Shown here: positions 19,591 to 28,750 of the stretch, one piece after another
How positions within the stretch are numbered: position 1 is the first letter of the stretch
Layout of the letters: each line of letters starts with the position of its first letter
DNA from: an uncultured Gemmataceae bacterium
Lineage (GTDB): Bacteria; Planctomycetota; Planctomycetia; Gemmatales; Gemmataceae
Assembly: GCA_963804745.1 (NCBI GenBank)
Contig: CAWDRY010000006.1
Location: forward strand, 8,668-40,667
Direction: 5' to 3'
Length of the DNA stretch: 32,000 nt
The notes under the pieces: generated by a model
What the model was told of the DNA's origin: nothing
What the model saw: only the letters and a program-made list of their open reading frames with translations
Databases searched by the model: none
Program-made: the position numbers and the translations under genes

Positions 19591-20332
19591 TTAGCTGCGA
19601 GGTTTGACTTCCGGCTTGACCGGCAGGTGTCGGAACTCCGCGTAGAAATTGTCCTTTATCGCCGGTGCATCCTTGTTTTCAATCTGCTCGAACCCGGCTG
19701 TCGTAATCTCGCGATAGTATACCTCTTTCGGAGCACGGGCACGCTGCTTGACGAACTCGCTGCTGTCCTCTCGAAGATCGAAGTCGATGATAATCAACCG
19801 TCCATCCGGACGCAGGGCGCTGTGGATCGAGGCCAGCATCTTATCCGGGTGCTCGAAATGGTGGTAGGTGTCGCAGATAAAGGCAACGTCGATAGAGTTG
19901 GCCGGCAGTTCAGCGGAGTCCGGAGTGTTCAACACGGTCTTGATAACCCGTTCGTGCCCGTGCTTCTTGGCCTGCTCAGCGATGTATTTCACGAACGCCG
20001 GTCCAAGGTCCACGGCATATACGGTGCCCTTCGGCCCGACCTGCTCGGCGAACAACAGAGTGAACACGACCGGTGCCGGCACCGATGTCCGCTACCGCAG
20101 CACCGGGCCGCAGGCCCACGGCACGGGTAATTTCCTGTCGCTTGACGTAGATGTCCCGGTCCTCGTTCTCAAAGCGTTTCACAAACTCCTGAATGTCCAT
20201 GTTGGGGTCTGTGAACTTCTTGTTCATTTCGGCCGCGTAAGGGGCTGGCCCTTGGTTTGGGGGCGTGACCTTGGCACACGCGGTCAAGAACATCAGAGCC
20301 AGGCAAACGCCCAGCCAGGTCATATCGGACAT
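19591..20332 (-). CDS. Predicted lipoprotein SAM-dependent methyltransferase, one apparent frameshift
   Basis: MTWLGVCLALMFLTACAKVTPP lipobox; VADIGAGTG SAM motif I; FTLLFAEQVGPKGTVYAVDL...FICDTYHHFEHPDKMLASIHSALRPDGRLIIIDF. Confidence 0.8.
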
Positions 20333-20350
20333 TGTAGAATTCCCTTTCAG

Positions 20351-21352
20351 TTAGCCACCCACCACGCCGTAAACAGTTACTTCCGCAACCGCTTTGCCTG
20401 AATCCGTCTCGATACGGATGATCTGTGTGACCTTCCCCGTCTTTTCTCCAGGGGTAAACGTGATCGGAACAACGTAGAGCGACTTGGACCCCTCGTCTTT
20501 GGGAGCGGTTGCCTGGAGGCACTCGCAGTTGGCCTGTATCGAGACAATACGGAAAGGCTTTTGGCCGCGTACCATAATCATTTTCGTGATGCTCTGACCG
20601 GGTTGCACCTCGCCCAGGAATAGGGACTCGGGACTGACCGAAATGTCCGCCTGAACCTGACCCTCCACAAGCACGGGAACATGCTTGGTTTGCGGGTCAT
20701 TGGTTATGAGCCAGAGACGTTCATTCAAGAAACCGGCAGTCGCGTCCTTGGCCAAGACGGCCTTCAGGTCATACGTGATCCGGTTTCCCTGGCGTGACGT
20801 TTCCGTCACTGTGCCGGTCACGTGCGGATTGTCACTCCTAACCTCCAGGATTTGCCAATCGCTCTGGCCGGTGTATCGCACGCTGATCGTTCCCTCGGCG
20901 GGATTTCCCCGCGCAACGTTCCCCAGCGCAACACTGGACGGCTCCAGCATTACGTCGCTGTAGACGTAGACCTTTACCTGTAACTGCACCTGGGCGTAGA
21001 ACGGCTTGTCAATGGTCACGGTGATCATCGCGCCCTGCTTGCCCAAGAACCGGTCGCTGTTGATGTGCGCGATGATCACCCCCTTCTCATAGGTCTTGAC
21101 AGTCTCCTTACCGACGCGCACGGTGGTACAGCCACAACCGGCTTGCACATCGGCAACATGCACGTCTCCAAGATAGTGGTTCGTAAACTCGAACGCAAAT
21201 TCGGCTTTGGCTCCCCGGGCAATCGTCCCGAAGTCATGGCTTCTCGTCTCAAACATCTTGTCGGCCCATTCTTGGGCCGCGCAGGGGGCGGCCAGGAGGC
21301 AGACAGCAAGTACACTCGGCATCCAGGTATGAATCGTGGTTTTAACGCGCAT
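20351..21352 (-). CDS. DUF1573-domain secreted protein
   Basis: SHDFGTIARGAKAEFAFEFTNHYLGDVHVADVQAGCGCTTVRV. Confidence 0.85.
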   Translation of the reverse strand: MRVKTTIHTWMPSVLAVCLLAAPCAAQEWADKMFETRSHDFGTIARGAKAEFAFEFTNHYLGDVHVADVQAGCGCTTVRVGKETVKTYEKGVIIAHINSDRFLGKQGAMITVTIDKPFYAQVQLQVKVYVYSDVMLEPSSVALGNVARGNPAEGTISVRYTGQSDWQILEVRSDNPHVTGTVTETSRQGNRITYDLKAVLAKDATAGFLNERLWLITNDPQTKHVPVLVEGQVQADISVSPESLFLGEVQPGQSITKMIMVRGQKPFRIVSIQANCECLQATAPKDEGSKSLYVVPITFTPGEKTGKVTQIIRIETDSGKAVAEVTVYGVVGG

Positions 21353-21428
21353 TTTGCGCCCCCCCGGCGTAGCCATCGCCATACGGGCAACTCAGGATCA
21401 ACAACGGTAGATGGGGCAGCTAATCACA

Positions 21429-22226
21429 TCAAAATCCTCTTGTCGCGAAAAGTCTTGCGAGAGACCACTCATCAGGAATGACTTCGAACACATATTGGAG
21501 CGAGAAGTAGATGCCCGCGAGCACAAAGATCCAGCCCGTGACCTGCCGTGCCCACCACTCGACTTTCGATAACACGTTGTACGTCCTGCCAACGGACTTG
21601 GCGCTATAGGCGAGAAGAAAAGCAACCAGCAACACCGGCAGCGCAGTGCCGATGCCATAGATCAATGGCAGAACGAGAGCGCCTCCCGGTAGAGACGCCC
21701 CGGGCAGGCTGATGCCAATCCGGGCCAGAAGGCCAGTAATCGCCTCGCCCTTGGAACCCATGATGAGTGCTATCAGGCCGAAGAACCACGCTGCCGATGT
21801 CGGGCAGAAGGACACGGCGAAAAGCACGCCCAGCGGCAATGCACCCCAGACACCCATCGTGTCGATCCTCTTCTGCATCCCTTCCGTCATGATCGCCCCG
21901 CCCATGTTCACGCTGATCAGCCCGACCAAGAATATCCCCAGCAGCAAGAACACTGGCGCGAGCACGAGGTGCATGTATTTCTGAAGGAACAACGAGACTA
22001 CGGGGATCGACAATGCCGTGCTGGTCAGCAGGACAGCCAACGCTAGATAGAGCAAGCAGCGTCCCAGGGTGTAAAGGAGACCGGCGCCCAGCACTGACCG
22101 GGGATTCCCGACTCTTCGGCCCACATAGGAGATAGCGGCGATGTTCGTCGTCAAGGGACAGGGACTGATCGAGGTCAACACCCCCAGATACAGGGCCGTT
22201 CCCACGTAGAGCAAATAGGCAACCAT
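21429..22226 (-). CDS. CcdA/DsbD-like (possibly ArsG-type) membrane permease
   Basis: MVAYLLYVGTALYLGVLTSISPCPLTTNIAAISYVGRRVG..., FAVSFCPTSAAWFFGLI. Confidence 0.75.
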   Translation of the reverse strand: MVAYLLYVGTALYLGVLTSISPCPLTTNIAAISYVGRRVGNPRSVLGAGLLYTLGRCLLYLALAVLLTSTALSIPVVSLFLQKYMHLVLAPVFLLLGIFLVGLISVNMGGAIMTEGMQKRIDTMGVWGALPLGVLFAVSFCPTSAAWFFGLIALIMGSKGEAITGLLARIGISLPGASLPGGALVLPLIYGIGTALPVLLVAFLLAYSAKSVGRTYNVLSKVEWWARQVTGWIFVLAGIYFSLQYVFEVIPDEWSLARLFATRGF

Positions 22227-22380
22227 GAGACACCTCCTCCGGCAGGTTGGCACGATTCTCAGCAGTTCCAACAAACCCGGTCCCGTACTCCGGAGAGACG
22301 CGGGTTGGTGCGGGGATTTCTTGGAATCCATGCCCCCTCACCTGCTCGCCCAGAAACAGTGGCAGGGCAGGAGCAGGATC

Positions 22381-22806
22381 CTATTTCTGATAGTCCTTGA
22401 CGTTGCTTTGCACGTATTGGAAAAATGCCGCCTTGTCGCCGACTTTCGTCCAAATCTCCGTCAGGTTCTTGTACTCCGCGACCTTGTTGCCGACGATGTG
22501 GGCAACGATCAACGTGGGGCCGCCGACCTTGTAGCCATTCGCCAGGGCAGCGTTCTTCTCGTCCTGGAAGTCGATGTAGTGGAATGCGACCTTGCCATCC
22601 TTGATCTCTTGAGTGAACCCACTCTTGACGGCTTCTTCAGAATAGCTGCCCATCTTCAGGCAGGTCGGGCAGCGCTGGGTGCGGTGAAAGTACAGGACCA
22701 TGACGCGGTCAGCCGGGACATCGACGGCCGATGCCGCTGGCGGAAGCATCGAAACCAAAACGGCCACAGTCACAAAGGCAACCGCAGTAGTAACAACGCA
22801 CTTCAT
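22381..22806 (-). CDS. Secreted thioredoxin-like protein (ArsF-like), CPTC
   Basis: VMVLYFHRTQRCPTCLKMGSYSEEAVKSGF...DFQDEKNAALANGYKVGGPTLIVA. Confidence 0.75.
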   Translation of the reverse strand: MKCVVTTAVAFVTVAVLVSMLPPAASAVDVPADRVMVLYFHRTQRCPTCLKMGSYSEEAVKSGFTQEIKDGKVAFHYIDFQDEKNAALANGYKVGGPTLIVAHIVGNKVAEYKNLTEIWTKVGDKAAFFQYVQSNVKDYQK

Positions 22807-22831
22807 AGCCTCAATCTCCTTTTCCAAAATC

Positions 22832-22852
22832 CCGAAGTCTCCGAGACTTCGG
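22832..22852. repeat. Short hairpin ccgaagtct-ccg-agacttcgg
   Basis: Perfect 9-bp stem between two operon genes. Confidence 0.7.
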
Positions 22853-22893
22853 AAGTTTGGCGATATGGGTAAAAAAAAGTGGCAAACGAAATT

Positions 22894-23567
22894 CTATTTC
22901 TCTGGAATAGGAATAGGGACTTCAGGCATCCTCCTGGGCGCGGCGCTTTCAGGGACATCTGTCTTCGGAATCGGTGTGAGCGGTGCATCTGTTTTTGGGG
23001 TTGCGCCAGGCGGCTCCTTTTCGGAAGGGAGCATTTGCTTGATCTCGTCTCGAATGTATTTTTCGAAAGCTGGCTTGTCGCTTTCCAGCGCCCAAACCTT
23101 GCCAAGACTCCTCCACTCTTGTACCTGGCCGCCTTTCATTCGCGCCAGCACGACGACCGGCTTATCAATCTCGAACTGGGTCGCCAACGACCTTGCAGCG
23201 GTTTGGTCATAATTGACAATCTTCCAGGTCATCTTCCCACTATTCAACTCGGCAGCAAAGTTGCTCTGAACTGCCTTAGATGCCTGCATTTCAATGCTTT
23301 GGCAGGTAGGACAGCGTATGTTTCCGTGGAAGTAATAGACAACCAATCCGTCACTGGCTGCTTGACTCCTGGGGGCAGCGCCGGATGTCCCGGCAGTCAC
23401 GCCCTGCTTGCGCAACGCCTGTAGTTCCTCCACGATGCTCGCCAGTTGCGGCTCCAGGCGCTCCAGCGCGATGCAGTCTGAGAGTCGAAAGTGCGAGCAA
23501 CCAGAACGACGAGCGTCGCCGAAAACAGCGAAATCAGACAGACAGCAACCGCATTCTTCAGATCCAT
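22894..23567 (-). CDS. Second CPTC thioredoxin-like (ArsF-like) protein, N-terminal frameshift
   Basis: LVVYYFHGNIRCPTCQSIEMQASKAV; N-terminal MDLKNAVAVCLISLFSATLVVLVARTF is in another frame. Confidence 0.7.
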
Positions 23568-23641
23568 GCCGGGTTTCCTTTCTTAACCGTCCATACGGAA
23601 AGCACAGCGCTGTTTGGATAAACGGAATCATTTCCTTGTCT

Positions 23642-24136
23642 CTAGTTCTTGAGGTCAACCCCCAACTCGTCCCATTTCTTCAGTATCTCTTCCTTGGCGA
23701 AAAAGCCCTGATGCCGATAAAGCTCTTTGCCGGCAGCATCAAAGAATATCTGAGTAGGAATGGACTGAACTCCATACTGGTCTGCGGCGTCTGGATTCTG
23801 CCAGACATCAATGAACACGACATCAAGCCTGCCTTCGTATTCCTTTTTCAAGTCTGCCAGGATAGGCGTCATCTTCTTGCAGGGAATACACTTGCCCGCT
23901 CCCAGATCCAAAAGACGCGGATGGGCGATTCCATGTGCCCCCTGCTCAGCGTCTACACCACCGGGTCTTGTGGTTTGCGACGTAGGGTCTGTACTGGGGC
24001 GAAGACAATTGCACTGCTTCGACCCATTCCCCGTCAGAGCCATCACGGTCCCAGCGCCCACGACGCACATGACAAGAATCGCCCCCTTAATGGCGTAAGC
24101 CTTGCTGGCTTTTTCGGGTTGAGTATCGTTTTCCAT
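23642..24136 (-). CDS. Membrane-anchored thioredoxin-family protein
   Basis: ILDLGAGKCIPCKKMTPILADLKKEYEGRLDVVFIDVWQNPDAADQYGVQSIPTQIFFDAAGKE. Confidence 0.88.
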   Translation of the reverse strand: MENDTQPEKASKAYAIKGAILVMCVVGAGTVMALTGNGSKQCNCLRPSTDPTSQTTRPGGVDAEQGAHGIAHPRLLDLGAGKCIPCKKMTPILADLKKEYEGRLDVVFIDVWQNPDAADQYGVQSIPTQIFFDAAGKELYRHQGFFAKEEILKKWDELGVDLKN

Positions 24137-24177
24137 CACTGACTCCCGGAGATGCTTTCGGCCGCCGTTCGCTTCTA

Positions 24178-24729
24178 TCACTTCTTGTCAGGCTCGGCAA
24201 GCCGGGCCTTACCGCGCTTGACCACTTCGGCAATTCTTTCCTCCGTGGCCGGCGACTTGCTTTTCTCCATGCCAAGTTCACTGAGCCGGATGTGCTCAAA
24301 CTTCGTGAAGCCGGCCAGTTCAAGCGTCTTGCGAGCACAGTGCAATGGGCAACCGTCAATGGCCAGGATGGTCTTGGCAGCTTTGGTGGCTTCCATGATC
24401 CCGCTCACGCGCCCGCCGATTCCAGCCAGGCAGAACATCTTGCCCACGCCTTCCTCGGTCAGTTTCCTGGCGGCCAGGTCGGTGATTTTGCCAACGTCGG
24501 CTGACCCCGAACAGGGGAAAATCAATTTCGCTGCCGGGTCGCAGCACACTGGTTGAGGACCGGTTCCATCCACAGCGGGCTTGGTCTGAGCATCAGGTAC
24601 GGGTAGTGGAGGTGAGGCGGGGGGATTCTCGGCAGCCAGGGCCGACACAGTGACCGTGGCAGATGCTCCAGCAGCAATTCCCATTCCTGCACTCTGCAGG
24701 AATCGACGGCGATTCAGCTTCGATGTCAT
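24178..24729 (-). CDS. DGC-motif (putative zinc-binding) protein with Tat signal
   Basis: NRRRFLQSAGMGIAAG twin-arginine motif; FPCSGSADVGKITDLAARKL; LAIDGCPLHCARKTL. Confidence 0.8.
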   Translation of the reverse strand: MTSKLNRRRFLQSAGMGIAAGASATVTVSALAAENPPASPPLPVPDAQTKPAVDGTGPQPVCCDPAAKLIFPCSGSADVGKITDLAARKLTEEGVGKMFCLAGIGGRVSGIMEATKAAKTILAIDGCPLHCARKTLELAGFTKFEHIRLSELGMEKSKSPATEERIAEVVKRGKARLAEPDKK

Positions 24730-24762
24730 GATAAGCTCCTTGTATAGAAAGTTTCAAGTCCC

Positions 24763-24795
24763 AGACTCTCGAAGTCTCGGAGACTTCTGGAGTCT
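24763..24795. repeat. Imperfect inverted repeat agactctcgaagtctc-g-gagacttctggagtct
   Basis: Shares the GAAGTCTC/GAGACTTC core with the hairpin at 22832. Confidence 0.6.
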
Positions 24796-24848
24796 GTTCA
24801 CGTAAATGCGCTATTTTCAATCCGGGCGACTTCTCCAATCGCCGACGG

Positions 24849-25574
24849 CTAACCTGTTTGTTTCGTCTGTGCCCTGCTTCCTGGTCGCCGTTGGCAATAC
24901 GCTTCATACGCGGCCCCCAGTGCAGTACGGTAGGCGGATTCCTCCTCTGGTTCGATGAGGTGGTAGATGCGGACAGTCTCCAGAAGCCGATCGTCGCTGC
25001 CATGGCCAGGCTCCAGGCCCAGGTTGCAAAGGTGGTCGAAGATCAGCGGCAAACCATTCACAGTCACCGTTTTGCCGTCGAGCTTCAAGTTTCCTTCGGG
25101 CGGCGGACTGCCGCAGGAGCATGAGCATGAGCCAGGTTGTTGGCTAGCAGCCGGTTCCGATTGTGGAGCAACGGCAGTCAGATCATCCACCGCGGCGGCG
25201 ATGCGCTCAGCCACGATCCAGACAGCCTCCTCATCTGCCTTGTCGAAGTCGCGGGCCGACCGATGGCACTTGGCTGCGTGACTGCCCAGGATGTCCGTGA
25301 CGACGAGCGAGGCCGCCACCTGGCCACTGTATTTTTCCGTCCCCCGCTTGGCACAGAGCTTCGCACATCCGTCCACGGTGATCGTGGGGTGCTCGCGGGC
25401 AAAACGACGTTCGCCGACCTCTCCGGCCAAAAAGAGCGGCAGGCACAGGGTCACGGTCTGCTGGGGGCGCAGGCCCTCCAGCACCCGCCGGGTCGCCAGG
25501 CGCGAGATCGTGCCCTCGGCAATCTCTTCGCCGCTACAGGAAATAATCCCGATTTTCGAGACTGCTTCTGCCAT
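24849..25574 (-). CDS. DGC-motif protein fused through a Cys-rich linker to a second domain
   Basis: IGIISCSGEEIAEGTISRLATRRV...TVDGCAKLCAKRG; linker GSCSCSCGSPP; C-terminal TVTVNGLPLIFDHLCNLGLEPGHGSDDRLLETVRIYHLI. Confidence 0.78.
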   Translation of the reverse strand: MAEAVSKIGIISCSGEEIAEGTISRLATRRVLEGLRPQQTVTLCLPLFLAGEVGERRFAREHPTITVDGCAKLCAKRGTEKYSGQVAASLVVTDILGSHAAKCHRSARDFDKADEEAVWIVAERIAAAVDDLTAVAPQSEPAASQQPGSCSCSCGSPPPEGNLKLDGKTVTVNGLPLIFDHLCNLGLEPGHGSDDRLLETVRIYHLIEPEEESAYRTALGAAYEAYCQRRPGSRAQTKQTG

Positions 25575-25608
25575 GACTGCTCCCTCAAAGTCCAACTTCG
25601 TTTGTGGC

Positions 25609-25659
25609 GGCAAGTTTCCCAACTTGCCGGCTGTGGACCCGGCAAGTTGAAAACTTGCC
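25609..25659. repeat. Two adjacent small hairpins with the same stem (ggcaagtt/aacttgcc)
   Basis: ggcaagtttcccaacttgcc (25609-25628) and ggcaagttgaaaacttgcc (25641-25659), flanked by a direct repeat at 25579-25602 and 25669-25692. Confidence 0.8.
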
Positions 25660-25674
25660 CCCACAACCGCTCCC

Positions 25675-26088
25675 TCAAAGTGCGACTTCGTTCTGGACGA
25701 CCTGGGCGACATCCGTGGCCAGTTCCTCGACGACCGCCCAGCCTTCTTCACTCAGCGCCGTCGCGGTGCCGAAATGGGCGCCGCGATGGTGTTTCATTGC
25801 CTCGTAAACCCGTATCCCCTTGGCGATCTTGCCACCCGACAACTGGACGTTCTTCAAGGCGCACAGTTTCGCGCAGCCGTCCAGGGTGATGCAGGGGGTC
25901 TGCTGGACCTTCTGCCCGGTCTCGGCATCACCGGTCACGAGCAGGGCGAGGCAGACCGTATCCACCTGACCGGGCAACAGTTTATCCGTGACATGGTAGA
26001 CCGCCTCGCGGCTGATCAACCCATGAACCTTGCCGATGCCGCTGCACGGGACAGCAAGCACCTGTGCCTTCGTGCCGTCGCTTGACAT
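25675..26088 (-). CDS. DGC-motif (putative zinc-binding) protein
   Basis: VLAVPCSGIGKVHGLISREAVYHV...TLDGCAKLCALKN. Confidence 0.82.
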   Translation of the reverse strand: MSSDGTKAQVLAVPCSGIGKVHGLISREAVYHVTDKLLPGQVDTVCLALLVTGDAETGQKVQQTPCITLDGCAKLCALKNVQLSGGKIAKGIRVYEAMKHHRGAHFGTATALSEEGWAVVEELATDVAQVVQNEVAL

Positions 26089-26110
26089 GGGACAACTCCT
26101 CTCCGCCGCG

Positions 26111-26356
26111 TCACGCGGCTTTCGCTGCCAGGATCATCTTCTTGACCTCTTCCAGGCTGGGTATGCGCCCGGCGACCTTGACATATCCGTCAATGACCAG
26201 ACCGGGCGTCATGACGATCTGGAAGGTCATGATCTTCTGGATGTCCGCCACCTTCTCAACCAGCGCATCCACGCCCGTTTCCTGGACGGCCTTGTTGACA
26301 ATCTCGTACAGGGTTTTGCACCTGCTGCATCCGGGTCCGAGAACTTGAATGAGCAT
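26111..26356 (-). CDS. Small redox-active disulfide (glutaredoxin-like) protein
   Basis: MLIQVLGPGCSRCKTLYEIVNKAVQETGVDALVEKVADIQKIMTFQIVMTPGLVIDG. Confidence 0.85.
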   Translation of the reverse strand: MLIQVLGPGCSRCKTLYEIVNKAVQETGVDALVEKVADIQKIMTFQIVMTPGLVIDGYVKVAGRIPSLEEVKKMILAAKAA

Positions 26357-26357
26357 A

Positions 26358-26813
26358 TCAACACTCCTCGACAATGATTTCGGGGTCCACAACAATTTCC
26401 GATTTCACCGAGTTCGCCACCAGGCTGTATTTCTGAGCCGACTGGAGCGCCCGGCGAACGCGGTTTTCCACCACGGCCGGCGGCTCGCCGCCCGCGGCCA
26501 CGCGGACGACCGGGCGGAAGTGCAAGCGCGTGAAGATTTCCGTCCGGTCCAACTCGATCAGCTTTGTTCCTTCGGTTCGGCATTCATAGGAGAGGAGCTT
26601 GAGCTTGAACCGCTCCGTCGCCCAGATGAACATCAGCATCACGCAGGTGTTGGCGGCAGCTACGAAAGCGTCCTCGGGCGTGAAAACGCCGGCATGGCCT
26701 TGTGCGTCGGGTGGGGCCGAGAAATCCATCTCGGGACCGTTCCCCATGACGAGATGGCCCCAGTGCTCGCCTTTCCAGTGGACGGTCGTATGGTACGTTG
26801 CGGTTTTGCTCAC
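26358..26813 (-). CDS. OsmC-family protein (GTG start overlapping the upstream stop)
   Basis: MDFSAPPDAQGHAGVFTPEDAFVAAANTCVMLMFIWATERFKLKLLSYECRTEGT. Confidence 0.75.
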   Translation of the reverse strand: MSKTATYHTTVHWKGEHWGHLVMGNGPEMDFSAPPDAQGHAGVFTPEDAFVAAANTCVMLMFIWATERFKLKLLSYECRTEGTKLIELDRTEIFTRLHFRPVVRVAAGGEPPAVVENRVRRALQSAQKYSLVANSVKSEIVVDPEIIVEEC

Positions 26814-27272
26814 GATTTGTTCAGCTCCTCTTCTGCTTGAGACCGCATCACGGACAAGTATGCCTGGGGGTCCATTAGCCTGGCGCGATCGGCCTCCCAG
26901 CTTGTGGTTTCGATCACCGCCAGCCAACCCTCGCCATAGGGATCCTGGTTGACAAGCTCTGGGGTCAACTCAAGGGCCGGGTTGATCTCGATAATCTCTC
27001 CGGCAACTGGGGAATAAATGCTCACGTAGGCCTTGATCGTCTCTATCTCAGCAAACACTCCCCCGGCCGCAATCTTGGCACCTGGAGGATAGACCTGAAC
27101 GAAAGCAATATCGCCGTTGCGCTGTTGCAGGTAGTCGGTGATGCCAATGCGAACCTGACCCTTCTTCTGAGTGCTCCAGCCACAACACCCATATTCCGTC
27201 CGGGCTGTAGAGGCGGTCTGTGGCCACCCGAAAAATGAACTTGTCAACGGTTGTTTCGAGGTACTCTGGCAT
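26810..27272 (-). CDS. GcvH-like lipoyl-carrier protein, one apparent frameshift
   Basis: MPEYLETTVDKFIFRVATDRLYSPDGIWVLW in one frame, then KKGQVRIGITDYLQQRNGDIAFVQV...ETIKAYVSIYSPVAGEIIEIN with the lipoyl-lysine motif in the next. Confidence 0.85.
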
Positions 27273-27281
27273 AGCGTTGCC

Positions 27282-28693
27282 TCAACGAGAATGTGCATGG
27301 ATGGCGCCGTCACGGAATCCGAGTGCTGCTTCCAGCATCGCTTCCGGCAATGTGGGATGGGCATGCGTTGTCCATGCCAGATCGTCGGCGGTAACGCCTG
27401 CCTGCACAGCCAGTGCCCCTTCGGCGATGAGGTCGGTAGCGTGCGGCCCCAGCAGGTGAACGCCCAGAATCCGTCCGCTCCCGGCCTCGCAGACGAGCCT
27501 GGCGAGTCCGTCCGTTTCACCCAGGATGCGGGCTCGCGGATTAGCCGAGAACGCAAACTGTGTGACCTTCACATCCGCGCCTGGCTCCGCGCCTGGGCCT
27601 CAGTCAGCCCGACGCTGGCGACCTCGGGCCTGGTGAAGACGACATTAGGTACCGAGCGGTAGTCCATTCGCCGTTGTCCCCCCGTGGCGTTCTCGGCGGC
27701 GACCCGTCCCTCGACCATCGCCTTATGGGCCAACATCCAGCCTCCGATCGCATCGCCGATCGCCCAGACATTCGGCAGGTTCGTCGCCAGATGTTCATCG
27801 ACGGCGATGGCCCGCCCGTTGAGCCGCAAACCGACTTCCGCGAATGCTGGTCCCGAAGTGTTCGGCCAGCGACCGGTGGCCACCAGGACCAGCTCGCCCT
27901 CGAAGACCGCTTCGCCGCCGGCACCCGTGGCTAACACTCGGAGCGTGTCACCAGTCCGCTCTATCCGCTCGACGGTGGTCCCAGTGTGGATCTGCATACC
28001 GCGGCGACGTAGCAGGATTTGAAGGCGTTTCGCGATCGCTTCATCCGTTCCGGTGGGAAGCACAGAGGACGCCATCTCCAGGACTGTGATCCGACTGCCC
28101 AGGGCTTCGTAAATGCAGGCGAATTCCAGCCCGATGACCCCACCACCAATCACCACGAGGCGCGGGGGCACCGTGTCGATGTTCAAGGCTTCGGTACTCG
28201 TTACCACGCCAGGAAGGTCTCGGCCTTCGACCGGTGGCACCGACGTAACGGACCCGGGTGCAAGAATGATCCGGTTGGCCGACTGCTCGTGCGTGCTCCC
28301 ATCGCCTGAATCAATCAATAGCGCATTCGGCCTGAGCATTCGAGCGCTGCCGTACAGCACCTTCACGCGGCGGGCCTTCAGTAGTTGTTCGACTCCCCCG
28401 ACAAGCTGATCAACCACGGTACGTTTGTAGGCCATCAGGCCGGACAGATCCACCGAAACCTGTGGGATGGACAGTCCGTACCCGCTCGCCTGCCTCGACC
28501 GAACGAGCAACTCCGCCGTGGTTGTCAAAGCTTTAGTTGGGATGCAGCCGATGTTGAGACACGTCCCGCCGATCTTGTTCTTCTCAACCAGGACCACACG
28601 CGCGCCCTGCCGCGCTGCGCAGAGTGCTGCGACATAGCCGGCTGGGCCTCCGCCCAAAATGGCAACGTCCACAGGTTCGGTGGGTAACGACAT
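27282..28693 (-). CDS. Dihydrolipoyl dehydrogenase, one apparent frameshift near 27580
   Basis: ILGGGPAGYVAALCAARQGARVVLVEKNKIGGTCLNIGCIPTKAL; C-terminal GVHLLGPHATDLIAEGALAVQAGVTADDLAWTTHAHPTLPEAMLEAA. Confidence 0.92.
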
Positions 28694-28750
28694 AATGCCC
28701 TTCAATTGGCGAGTTGGGCAAATCCGCCAGTGCAAGACGAACAAAAACTG

